From Seison nebaliae (Eukaryota): DNA of 64,000 bases. Below are positions 13,302 through 26,200 of this stretch, in pieces; the first letter of the stretch is position 1, and each line of letters begins with the position of its first letter. The DNA lies in the NCBI GenBank assembly GCA_023231475.1, contig JALJEE010003057.1:62001-126000 (forward strand), written 5' to 3'. Both the position numbers and the translations under genes were made by a program. A model generated the notes under the pieces. That model did not search any database. It had not been told where the DNA came from and saw only the letters and a program-made list of their open reading frames with translations.

Positions 13302-16300
13302 ATGTTGGAAAATGATGAAATGAATGAAAAGGCCACTCTCATAAATTCAACTAGTGAACAAATGCCATTTGCTTATGAATCGATGGGGAATATGGACGAG
13401 AAACAAACTCCTTCAGAGAAGGTAAGAAGTCTGGGCGCCTTAATGGGTGTTTTTGTACCCGTCGTCCTATCAATGACCTCCACCCACTTGTTTATGAGAT
13501 TAGGTTATCATCTTCCCACTTATCATTCTAATATGAGAACTGTCTCATTCTTCTTTCAACAACATTTTCGATGACTTTCGATTAATCAATATCGATTTCT
13601 CATAAATTATCAATTTGATTATTTTTTCTTCAATTTTCATCGATATCCATTTTTTTCTTCATTTTTTTTTCCAATTTCCGATATTAATATCGAATTTTTA
13701 TGAATATCAATATTTTTAAAATTTATTCAATTTTCAATATGTTTCTTCATAAATTTAATCATTTATTTTATCAATATCGATTTTTTAAATTGAAAAATTT
13801 TATTCGTTTTTTTTTTCTAAAATTTTTCTATTCTGTTGTTGTTGACAGTTGGATAAAATGGTTCCATATTCTAATAAGAAGACTCGTAAGGAGTTTGAAT
13901 GAGCATCGATATCTTTCTAATTATTTGAATTGCAGGATTTATTTTGGGTAATTCCGGTTTTTATATGTCAGTACTACAATTACTATTGGCGTTCTCCATT
14001 CTCATATTAACGGCATTAAGTGTGTGTGCAATCGCAACTAACGGAGCGGTAAAAGGTGGAGGTATTTATTATCTCATTTCACGATGTTTGGGTCCAGAAT
14101 TTGGTGGCGCTGTTGGTGTAATATTCTTTCTAGCGACTGTTATTGCTGCTGGTTTGTACACGAGTGCATTCGTCGAAACTTTAACATCGAATTTTGGTCT
14201 TCATGGTTCGATCGCCATATTTCCCGATTCAGAATGGTGGAAATTCCTTTATGCTTTCATCATAACATTGTTATATCTCTTAATATCGATATTGGGTGCA
14301 TCGTTATTCTCCAAAGCTGTTATGGGATTATTTTCGGTTATATCTCAATTTCTATTAAATTCAAATTTTCAAATATTTTTCATTCAGATAGTTGTCGGTG
14401 TTTACACTCTCGTTTTATTAGCTACTTGTATAAAGAGTTCGTTCCAAATCGAAATACCAAGAACAAATTCAATTATTTATCAATCGTCTTCCGATATCGA
14501 TCCAACAATCGCTCCACCTCCAAACTCAACCATATTTCCAAATCAAACAACAACAACAACCACAACAACTTCTACATCAACCACTTCAGTTCATTTAATT
14601 TTAAGTAATTTAACAACAACAACAACAACAACATTGAAACCGATAACAACGACATCATTCGATGATGGTAATTCGAGTGACGAAGCAGTTTATGGAAATT
14701 TCACCGGTTTCTCATTGGAAACATTCCGTAATAATCGATATACATATTACATGGAAGATTATACGACTGGAAATGAAGTCAACTTTCAAATAATTTTCTC
14801 AGTTTTATTTAGTAGTCTCACTGGAATTATGGCTGGAGCGAGTATGTCGGGAGATTTGAAAAATGCTAGTAAATCGATTCCGATTGGAACGTTGTCGGCT
14901 ATCGTTTTCGTTTTCTTTATAACTATCGTTGAAATGGTAATTATTGCATTTACGTGTGAGAGATTTCTTTTAGTGAATAATTATCTATTTTTACAATCAA
15001 TCATTTTCTGGTCGCCACTTCTATTTCTGGGAATTATTTGTGTCACTTTTTCAGCTGGTCTCTCTTCAATGATTGGCGGTTCACGAATATTGGAAGCATT
15101 AGCAGCTGATGAAATATTCGGTGTTATTACTAAACCGCTCAAATATAAAACTAAATCAGGAAATCCTTTAATTGCTGTTCTACTCGCCTGGTTTTTGACA
15201 GTCGTTAGTTGTACAATTTTATTAGTTGAATTTTTTAAAAATTGAAATTTAAGTTGACATTATTAGTTGGTTCAATGAATACCATTGCTCCGATGGTAAC
15301 GATATTTTATCTTTTATCATATTTTGGTATAAACCTTGCCTGTTTAGCTTTGGACTTAGCAAGCCCACCAAATTTTCGGTTTTCCTTTAATTTCCTCTTT
15401 CGATTCATTATTCAAATTAATTGAAATTAGACCAACATTCCGTTATTATACTTGGCATACAGCATTCATCGGTATGTTAAGTACAGTCGTTATGGCATTT
15501 ATCGTCGATGTGATTTACGCAACAATTGGAATAACATTATGTATAGCTATCGTTTCTTTGTTATATTTTCGTGATTTCCCATCAGCCTGGGGAAGTATTT
15601 CTCAAGCACTCATTTTTCATCAAGTTCATTCTTTTTAATTTAAATTATTAAAAAGTTAATATTATTTTGAATTTGTTTGAAAGGTAAGAAAATATTTGTT
15701 GTTATTAGATCCGAGAAAAGATCATGTGAAATATTGGAGACCACAAGTTCTCTTATGTGTTTCCAATCCGAAAAGTGTTTATCCATTGATCTCTTTCGTG
15801 AATGCTTTAAAAAAGAGTGGATTGTTCATTTTGGGACATGTGAAAGAAGAAGATCCAAATCAAATCGATTATTCAACTGATGACGGATGTCTTCAAGAAT
15901 TGAGTGCATGGCAGAATTTGGTGGATATGATGCAAATAAAAGCGTTCGTCTCATTAACACAAAGTAGAACGATTCGTGAAGGAATTCAACAATTAACTAG
16001 AATTTGTGGTTTGGGAGGATTTCGACCGAACACAATTATTCTCGGTTTCTATGATGATATTGAACCGATGGATTTGATACCCAATGAATTACAATCACTT
16101 TCGATAAAGAAGGAGAAAACTTTCGAATTCTCCGAAATTCGCAGTGAAAATTGTGCGGATCGAATGAATGTGGAAGAATATTCGAAAATCATTACCGATT
16201 GTTTATATCTGCAGAAGAATATTTGTTTAGCAAAGAATTTCCATTTGTTATATACTCCGATCAAAAAGACGAATATCATTACGAATACGGAATATGGTTT

Positions 16301-17666
16301 CCTTCGTTATTGGTACGATATGAAGAATTGGTGCAATAGATATCGATCGTTTGACAATGATAATCTTTATGAGAATATGGAAATTTCGAATGTTGAAAGA
16401 CAAATTCACGTATGGCCAGTTAGTTGATTGAAAATGATTAAATAGTTTAAGAAGAAAAGTATAGAAAATTTTGAAAAATTGGACATTAATTAGTGTGAGG
16501 GGAAGGGAAATGTGCGAGCTATTCTTTCCGCGTGTCAATGTTAGGAAGTTATTAGGGATAGTATATATAGGGAAATGATTAATGATGTTCGGGAAGCTGC
16601 GAAGGTAATCGTCTCAACAATTTAAACGATCCTGGTATCGTACTTTGTATGTTGAGAGGAAAGTCTCCGGAAAACTCATTAGAAATTGATGCGATAGATA
16701 ATAATTGTGGATCATTTGTTCGAAGGCGACACTATATTGTGCATCGTTGTACGCTGTGTCATATCATGACTTCCGACATCTTCTTCATGCATTCTCATGG
16801 ATGTAAGTGTAATGGAATGAGTATTTACAGTTATAGGTTGCCGAGATGATCATTCTTCCGAGTTTAACAGACATATGATTACCATCTATAGTTGACTTCT
16901 ATAGATATACAGAACGGAGATTATTAGCTGTTTCCCAAACCGAATTTTTTGGAGAAAACATTTCTTCATTCTATAAAAAAAAAAGAAAAGCAAAGCGAAT
17001 GACTAATATCGGGATCGTCGTACCTTTATCGAGAGATGGAGAATTCATTTCGATGACTATTATCGATCGATTAGAAATTGAGAGTAATTTGAGGGAAATG
17101 TAGAGGAATGACATAGACAACTATAGAATGTAAGACAGAGGATTTAATAAGATGAATATGATAACTAATCATAAATTTATTATTCTGGACAGTCGAATAT
17201 CTTTACGGAATCGCAAAGTGAAGACTTTGATACAACTTCATTATTCATGCTCCAGTTAGCAACAATTCTATCAATGACAAGTATATGGAAGAAAGCGAAA
17301 TTACGAGTGTTCTATCCAGTCAATTTATCAACGTCAACACTCAATGGAAATACGGAGCATGAACAACGATTACGGAGGCAATTAGATGAATTACGAATAA
17401 CAGCCGAACCACGACTAATTCCATGGACGCCGAATAGCGATGAAGATTATTTAGAATGGGTAAAGAAAATAGTTCACAATTATTCGTCGTTTGGAAACAA
17501 GTCGTCACATACTATCTTACTCTTGTACCTTCCATTGCCACCAAGTCTAATGCAATCAACTGAGAGTGATGCACAATTTTATGAGAAATTGGCTCTCTTA
17601 GCTAAAGATTTTCCACCGACACTATTTGTTCATGGAATGAATGCATGTACCTGCACGCAGTTGTAG
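13302..17666 (+). CDS. SLC12A9: Cation-chloride cotransporter family member SLC12A9 (CIP1); introns 13504-13935, 14337-14387, 15204-15253, 15379-15430, 15624-15683, 16419-17192
   Basis: [105 protein letters not shown] and [12 protein letters not shown] are SLC12A9 signature motifs. All six introns restore frame. Confidence 0.92.
16562..16570 (+). promoter_or_regulatory. TATA box of the putative type-3 Pol III promoter of the MRP RNA gene
   Basis: TATATATAG lies about 25 nt upstream of the predicted MRP 5' end (16587), the expected spacing for U6/MRP-type promoters. Confidence 0.6.
16587..16950 (+). ncRNA. RMRP: RNase MRP RNA gene, nested in the last intron of SLC12A9
   Basis: 5' end GTTCGG..GCTGCGAAGG resembles the vertebrate MRP 5' end. 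P1: gttcgg/ccgaat, gggaa/ttccc, agctg/tagct. P2: ggtaatc (16604-16610)/gattacc (16877-16883). P3: ctcaaca/tgttgag with inner acgat/atcgt. CR-I GGAAAGTCTCCGG (16658-16670) pairs in P4 with CR-V ACAGAACGGAGATTA (16909-16923). P8 catta-GAAAT-tgatg has a GARAR-like loop; CR-IV AGTTTA (16861); P19 atctatag/ctatagat; T6 terminator 16945-16950. Confidence 0.85.
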
Positions 17667-18276
17667 TAGTAATTCGATCTGCCAACTTCTATCATCTACA
17701 GGAGAAATAGCATCAAACTTTATCATTTTTCTCCAACATATCTTTTCATTTTTTCTTTTTCTCCAAAATATATTTCTTATGAAACACAAATATTTTCTCT
17801 TTCATCCCCATATAAATTTAGTCAACTTACATAATTTACACTTTTATTTGTGTTTCTCCAGAGAATTCCGTTTTCTGCTCCATTTTCAAATAACTCCAAC
17901 TTACTCCATTTTCGCATAAAAAAACTTCTAATTGTGCGACAAACACACCAAGAACGTAACTTTGTTGAGAAAGGAATTCTATTTGTTCGAAATAGTTAAA
18001 CATAAATTCGCACCATATCTCCAATCCACTTCATCATTCAATAGTTATGACGGATAAACATTGCTCTACAAGCCGAAAATAACTTTTCTTCAATCTCAAA
18101 AAATTTCCTCCTTGAATTTCCTCAAAAATTCATATCGGAAATATAATGGAGAGAAATGAAAATGAAATCGAAAAATCTAAAAATAGAACAACAATATCTG
18201 TAATTATCTCTAATACTCGATCTTATTCACTCTCAATTTCTATCTTTCAAATTGGAACGTATTTATAACAATAATT

Positions 18277-18312
18277 ATATATATATATATAAATATATAG
18301 ATATATATTTAT
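18277..18312. repeat. (TA)n microsatellite, imperfect
   Basis: tatatatatatatataaatatatagatatatattta. Confidence 0.7.
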
Positions 18313-18786
18313 AGAGATATTGTCGTTAATTATGTAGATTCCGTCTGATTTGAACAGAAAGATGGAAGGTTACGATATTTATTGTCATCGCTCCGAAAAA
18401 TGATTTGTTTGTAAAGAGAATGAATAAGGAAAAAAGGATGAGACTGTGAAAGGTGAAAAAGAAGCAATTTATTAATTTTTGATTGACATAATGGAGCATC
18501 AAGGAAAAACAAATAATTTCCATTCTCGAGTTATTGAAGCAATTTCCGTACGATTGTCTAATTCTCTACAAATTTAGAACATGATTCCTCATGAAAGACG
18601 AATAGTACAACTAATCTTAATTCTCGTCGATTGTTTCTTCTTCCATAAATAATAGAAAACTCTCAAATTATCGTCCGTATTCACTCCGTAACGAGACTAA
18701 TGCATGTCTCTAATCTCCTATTTCCATGTCTGATATTACAGTCATATCAATCGGTGTGAAATTTTCTAAGTGATTCATCTAAAAAA

Positions 18787-20813
18787 ATGAAGAAATTGTA
18801 TTTTTTCTTATATCTTCTTTACAACGACATTTCCGCGAATAAAACCGCATTGACCAAAGGAAGAAGTAAAAGAAGAACTATCGATATTGCGGCAGTTAAC
18901 AGTATTCAATCATCAATACATGCTCAACGATCAAAGTGGCACGTTGCCACTAATTTGAGACGAGAAGAAGAATTGATTAGTGCAATTGAGAAATTAAAAT
19001 CGGTGGATAATGATACATATGTCTGGTCGGCAAGTGGACGATTATTAAAAGTGTTATTTAATACATATAATCGAGAGATTATGCCACCAGTTAACGGAAG
19101 TGTAACTGTTTTATTTACAATTGCCTTAGCTCAAATTATTCAAGTGGTTAGTTCCTTATTTCCATAAAATTTGATAAGGAATAATTTTAAAATTAAATTA
19201 AATATTCAAATTTCTTTTCTATAAATTTTTTAATGATAATATAATTAATATAAAAAAGTTAGATATCGAACAGAAATTGAAGATAAATGTATGGGTCCAC
19301 ACCAAATGGAACGACAGTCGACTCATATGGGATCCGATGGATTATGATAATATAACAAGATTACAAATTCCATACGGATTAATTTGGTCGCCCGATATCA
19401 TATTATTTAATACGTTTCTCTTCTTATTCTCGTTCGGGAATCTCTCACTTCCGTTTTAGGGCGGACGGTAATTTTGAACCGAGCTATAAATCGAACACGA
19501 TAATTTATTACACAGGAGAAATTGTTCATATTCCCCCGGCAATCTATCAATCATCTTGTCGTTTCGATATTACATTTTTTCCATTCGACGAGCAAAATTG
19601 TGATTTATGTTTCGGTTCATGGACATACTCTCCGAACCAGATCGAATTCGGCTGGTATAATGGAACGAATAAAATAGATTTTGCAGAATATATGAAAAGT
19701 GGTTCGTGGGATCTGTTATCGGGTAATGGACGTCATGTGATAAATAATAGCACGAATCGAAGAATGATAATTTATACGTTAAGAATTCGACGGAAAGCAT
19801 TATTCCATCTGTTAAATATTGTTGCTCCATGTATCATGATAAGTTTCTGTACGATGTTCGTCTTTTATCTCCCTCCAGCCTCTAATGAGAAAGTTACGTT
19901 AGCACTATCTGTATTATTAGCACATATAGTGTTCATGTTACTTGTGGCTAAATTGTTACCACCAGCAAGTGAAATCATTCCAATCTTTGCCAAATATTTA
20001 TTAATCACATTCTCTGCTAACGTTCTTTCCGTATTTGCTACTTGTATCGTTATTAACATCAATAACCGCCACACTCCCTTACATGAACCGTTAAAGGAGT
20101 TTGGAATGACTCAAAAAATCTTCTTCCAATTCTTACCAACTCTATTGCTGATGGATAAATTTCGTTTTATTAAGAAACGGAAACGAAGGAAATATTCAAG
20201 AACGAACGATATTTCTCTACAAATCGTCGATAATGATAACAATTGTGGATCAACGATAGTACAACAAAACATGAGTAAGGCTACAGATTATTCATGTTCA
20301 ATCCAACCGAAAATGCAACACGTTCTCAATACTCCGATCGGTCGACTTATCAAGACATATGATAAGTCGAATATAATGGATCGATGGATGTTTCATACGA
20401 TTGACGAAGATGTAAAGATGGATTTGAGGAATACGATGCAGAATTCGTTGAATGTGTTGTTGAAGGAGCAGAACGCAACTAAAGATGTTGAAGGACGATC
20501 GACTCTAGGTCACCAATTGCGGCGAGTATGCACAAAAACGGTTCACTATGCAAAATGTATAACAAAAATGTTGAAGGCAAAGAACCGTCTACGAATCGTT
20601 ATTTTTCCATATTTATTTATTCTCCTTTTTTTTTACTTTCCACTCTCTCAGATTATGGAACAATGGAATTACTTAGCTTGTGTTGTTGATCGTTTGTTGT
20701 TGGTTGGTGTGTTCATCGGTTTCTGCGCCGTCACTGCTGAGTTCTTCATGAATAATCCCACACTCATTGTGGATGGAATCATGAAGTTCTTGAAGAAGAA
20801 GCAGAAGAACTAA
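18787..20813 (+). CDS. Nicotinic acetylcholine receptor subunit, non-alpha (Cys-loop cation channel); introns 19147-19258, 19414-19460, 20598-20651
   Basis: LFNTYNREIMP, WNDSRLIWDP, IWSPDIILFNT|ADGNFE, Cys loop SSCRFDITFFPFDEQNCDLCFGSWTY, LRIRRKALF, TM2 preceded by EK (EKVTLALSVLL), TM4 WNYLACVVDRLLL. No vicinal CC in loop C. Confidence 0.92.
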
Positions 20814-21395
20814 CGACTGTTTGTAATTTTAACGACAAAAAAAATGAATTATCTCATCATTCAATGATATTTCCTAGTTTTATATCGATATATCACCCCC
20901 TACTAACCAGATATGTAAAATCTACATAAAAAATAAAAAAATTTTATGAAATTATGAAAATGTCTAACCCAGTTAAATAATATGATTCATTCATATAAAC
21001 GAATATCGAACTAAATGTAGAAACTCATCATCTTCTCTTTCATTACTTCGTTTAATAGCTTACTTTTTTTTAAAATTTAACCTTCATCTTAAAAACATCA
21101 GAGGAGAGTTGTAAAGTATCTATGTCGAAGAAAATTTCTTCCTCCATTTTACTTCCGAACATATAAGTATTTTATGGGAAAAAATCGTATTTTGTTTGAT
21201 GGATTAAATGGAAAGTCATCTCTTTTGATGCATTTTCTTTTAACATTCCATATATGATCGTTTAGTAACGGACGACCTGTATCCGACGAAGATGATGAAG
21301 ATAAAATAAAATGACCTTCTCATTTATTTCTTAAATATTTTTCATTTACTCTGTTTATATCATTTCCGACAGACGATTTATTCTATTTTTTTTAA

Positions 21396-23279
21396 ATGAA
21401 ACATTTAACATTTAATCTATTTCGCGATACACCCAAAGAATCTTGGGGATTCCGAGTGCAAACAACTGATGATCGCCAAATTGTCACAAATGTTTCCTCA
21501 TTTCAATTTTCGATGTGAGAACTTTAATTTGAATTTAGGTTCAATTATCTTCACCAGCGGACGCAGCTGGATTGAAGAACAGTGACATAATATTACAAGT
21601 AGGAAAAGAAAAAATCAATTCACATGCGGATGTGGTCCATGCCATGAAGATAGCGAAAGCCACCGTCTCTATTTCCGTTGAGTTTAATATTTTTTAAATT
21701 TCCTAATAATCATCTTTTAAGACGAACGAATTGTTTAGTAATTTGAACCATGTAATATTTCTTAATCTTTTCAAAAATCTTCTCCATTTGGAGATGGAGA
21801 GATGAAGGTTCCCCAAGTCTACAACTCACCAATTGACTTATATTCGGAAGAGACGATTCGCGAAGCTTTAATCGAACGATTCCCAAATAAAACAGAAGAA
21901 GAGTTTTTATTAATCTTTTTAATTTCTTGTTTAAGATTTTCCAGAATTGATAATTTGGCAGAATCGTTTTGTAGTGGAAAGGACAGAAGTTCAGTTGAAG
22001 ATATCATAAAAAACTCCCCAACGTTAGCAATGATTCAAAAACCGTCATGTGACGATCATCATAATCCAGCGAATTCACGTGTAATCCAATTATTGGATGA
22101 AACACTACCAAGTTTAATACATTTCCTTCATCTTAAAATATTGAGAACTAAAGAAAAACCCTATTAAGTTCATCATGTCCAGACGTATAATCATAATTTT
22201 ATACAACCGCGAACTTATTCAGTGTCCGCGCGTTGTAACAATGGTTTTCGTAGTGTTAAGGGTTCTCATTATCCCATTGAGAATACTACGACAATGCGCA
22301 TCATTAATGACTTCGCCCGTAGTTCACTTTCACCCGATTCATTTTGTAAGTAAAACGTCTAGTCAAATCATCGGCATCTGCATGAAATATTGAAGAACAA
22401 TTTTTGATCTTTTTCGTCAGTTCGTTTTCCATTCAGTTCAGCTAAACGAGTATTTAAATCATCACATTAAACAATCTGATCTTTGATTATAATAAATTAA
22501 TTGTTATTTTTCTATGAAGTTTTTTATGATTTTTAATTTCGAATGTGAAATTTTGATATTTTCTTATTCTAATGTTTCAGCATGTGTATGATTTTTAATG
22601 TGAATTTTTTTTTCATGTGTTTCAAATGGAAATGAAAATGATTTCTACTTAATTATTATCATTTAGATCTAACGCAGTCGTATGATCAGAATAAAGATCG
22701 GAATAAAGTTTCCAAACCGGTTAAAGCCAAATGGAGTGAAGATCGACCCGATCCAATTGACAATACGTTGAGTATGAAAATGCTTCGGCAGAACATCGAA
22801 GAAGCTTCAAAAATTAACAGTGGTCGTTCGTATCAAAATTTCCGATTTTCTTCCCCTAGTTTTACAAAAGTTTCATGAATAATAATTATGTTATTGATCT
22901 TGTAATGATTGGAATTCCTATTAAGATTTCCATCACTCCCAATGATTCGAAGAGGGAAGAGATTAATCACATTTTTCTATTGTTTAGAACCATTATCGAT
23001 ATTGCAAAACAATCAAGGAAACGAAGATCCTCGAACATGGTACAATAAAAATTCATCGGATATTCATTTGGACCCGATAGAGAACACGAGAACAATGAGA
23101 GCGCTAAGGAAAAGTATCGACGAATTAGCTGTTTCAAGTAGTTAATATTAATTATCATTTCATAATATTTTCATCAATATATTTATTAATTCGCATCTTT
23201 CCTCTCTCCTTTAGCTATTCAACCGAAAACATTAAACATAACGAGGGCTGTACCTAAACTTCAAAAATTCGATGAATAA
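21396..23279 (+). CDS. PDZ + Zasp-motif (ZM) protein of the ALP/Enigma/Zasp family, no LIM domain; exons 21396-21491, 21539-21681, 21722-21732, 21794-21902, 21945-22111, 22169-22345, 22667-22825, 22988-23140, 23215-23279
   Basis: PDZ: FRDTPKESWGFRVQ..|VQLSSPADAAGLKNSDIILQV..SHADVVHAMK. ZM: QVYNSPIDLYSEETI. GFRSVK resembles the PDLIM1-type ALP motif. Exon phases are mutually consistent. Confidence 0.8.
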
Positions 23280-26200
23280 TTTCAGATTGATGACGAAACG
23301 CACGACAGAATATTATGACAGATATCATGGATTGAATGATTCATTATTGGATTATTACTGATTACTAATTGCAATTTTCCCTTTCTCTTAACATTTAATT
23401 TGGACATAAAATAAAAATAAAATTTCATCACAAACCTTTTACAAAACAACTTCAATTTATTCGTTATATCACTGGATGTTATTGAGTATTATGTACATAT
23501 ATTATAGTTTTTTTTAGTTATTAATTGCTTTTTATCCAAATTATCATGACTGATTTAACAACTATTGAAACTCATCAAGATTGATAAACAGTTATATCAT
23601 GAACACACGATGATGCATTAATTTCGTTGCAATTCCTCCAAGTAAACTTACGGATACTTTACCAAATATGTATCATATAACGATAGATAAGATGATTGGA
23701 TGTGAAATGCATGTTTTCCAATGTTGTGAAGGTTTTCTATGTGAATGTCAAGAAGTTTTCCTATCTTTATCATTATTCGTTCGAAGTTGACACTCAATTT
23801 CATTATTCACTTAATTCTTCAACTATTAGGTATCAAATAGAAATGTTGTCGGACGGTTAAATAAGTAAGTTTGTCAAAGATTATCAATTGAATATCACTT
23901 ACTGAACTTGAAATTTCTTAAGATTCTGATGTTAACAATAATAATATGAGGACGTGAGATTTTTTCCTTCATATAACGAATATAATAACAGATTTAACAG
24001 TTATTTAAACTTTCACAACTTCAATAATCTCAAAGTAGTTTTAAAAGGAGATTATCGGATTTTTCTAGTCCTAATATCTTATTGTGGACAATTATGTTTT
24101 TTTTTTAAATTTTATTATTCTATGTTTATAATTATTATAACTATTATATTAATTAAATCAGATATAATGCGTCATCATTTACTTTTTATTCTTGGCGATT
24201 TTTCATCGTGATTTGTTTAGTTAAGGATGGAACCTTTTACTTATGTATTGCCCCGGATAGTGTTAACTATACTATTTCTGAAATTGTCAGAAATAGTCGT
24301 AATAATGTCTAAAGAATATAAGTATCGCAAGAGAATACGTTTTTTTCTTCAATCAATGAACCATATAATGGAATGCGGTGTATGGAATCTATATAATTTA
24401 ATAGAAAATATACGATGTCTCGTTCGTTTTCAAACAGCTTATATTTTCTTGACAGTTCTTATCTTATATCAGGTATTTCGCAGACATCACGGCGAAACTT
24501 ATTATCAAATGAAATAATGAAGTAAAGTTCCTTAAAAAAATATTCTCAGAAGCATAAATGATGTCTTAAATTTAATGGCATATTTATTCCGAAATAGTAC
24601 CACTTCTGGAAACAGGAGATAAATGAGGAGATGAAAAGAAATTCTTTTGGAATTAATGGGAATTATTCAGTTCAGGACTCTGCTATCATTTTTATTTGAA
24701 TACTCAAACCGAACAAAATGGACCAACTATGTTGGGTTGTCTTACTTACACCTTTGTTTAGCACAGTACCCAAGGTATTTTATATTTAACCATACCAGTG
24801 CTTATGATTAAAATGTTTATCTAATGGTTTCTTTATCCTATTTAATACAGTTCTTTGGTGATATCATCTTTAACAGAAGATGTGTCAACCACTCTCGGAA
24901 TATTGAGAATAGTCCAATTTGAAAACAAAATATTTTCATCTTTTGAGATAATGGACGGCAAAAGCTATTTCATCGATTGCACAATCCAAAATTTCATAAT
25001 TAGTAAGTAGATATAAACCTATTTTTTTCATAGTGAAAACTACCCGCGGGATAAGTGAGAAAGTATATTTATAAATAAACTTGTGACTTCTTGGGCAATT
25101 GAGGAAAAGTTATAATTAAATCAATATATTATCATATTTGAAAAGATTTTAGGGGATTTTTAGATGTAGCGAAAAAGAAAGAACTTCGCTCTAACTGTGA
25201 GAGCTAATGATTAATAATACGTTATGCAATTTTGTCTTTAAATCTTAATAACTAATATGTGATTCTAAAACCATTCCAGAACTATGATCTATACCATAGT
25301 ATTCAATGGGTTTCTTTTTTAAGTTTGTACAAAAGATCAAAGAATAGTATTTAACTGTTTAAAAGATAAAAATGTTCAGAAACGAATTTTAATTTTAGCA
25401 AAAAAATTGTTTCTTATTCCTCGTACATAATTCAATTTTTACATAGGGTTTTAGATGGAGGGAAGGAAATGTAATTTTATTCCCCTACGTAGAAGACTGT
25501 GACCGTTAATCTGGTTTAAAGATGCTTACAGTTCAAGGTGGAGTTTGCATGTGTCTCGTATTAGAAAGAATATAACATCTTGTAGTGGGTCGGTTTTAGT
25601 GATGGATAGATAAGAATGCGAGAATAATTAATATGTTATATTACTAGGAATGAAGGAAGGAGACTTCGGAAATCATAAAAAGGAAATATCAAATGAAGTT
25701 CCATTACGTTCAGTATTGAAGTGTCTGTAAGTTGTAATATTAGAGGTAATGATACACAGATCATTAAAAATTTGAAGACATGTTTTTGAAGAAAATCTTA
25801 ATCCTTCACTTTATTCCTTGGATGAATCGTTCTTATGTTGGAAGGGAATGTTTAAAAAAATGTAATTTCCGTTTTTCTTCCTCTTTGTTCCATATTGAAT
25901 TGCCAATTATTTCTTATTCTTGTAAACAAATATCAGAATTGCTTTCCTCCAAATCCCGTTTCTGCACACCATTCCTCTATTTATATTTATTCGACCATTT
26001 CAGACACATAGCACTTTCGTTCCCCAATTTTGTCCAACTGTTGATTTATGAAAATTTTCCCTCATTCAAATGCAATTAATAGAAATTGTTCATTCTTTCC
26101 CCCAACACTTTCATTCCTCTTCGATTTCTTAGACGGTTTACATGAGGGGTAAAAATTCCATAAATCATTTCTAATCTGTCCGATTGGCCGATGTGAAATC

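Noticed and set aside
16649..16849. 66-aa intronic ORF
   Set aside because: Overlaps the structured MRP RNA and shows no protein motif.
16587..16950. Nuclear RNase P RNA or H/ACA snoRNA as alternative identity
   Set aside because: CR-I is GAAAGUCUCC (MRP type, not GGAAGNUCUGAG) and is followed directly by a GARAR-like P8; the internal hairpins are explained by the MRP specificity domain.
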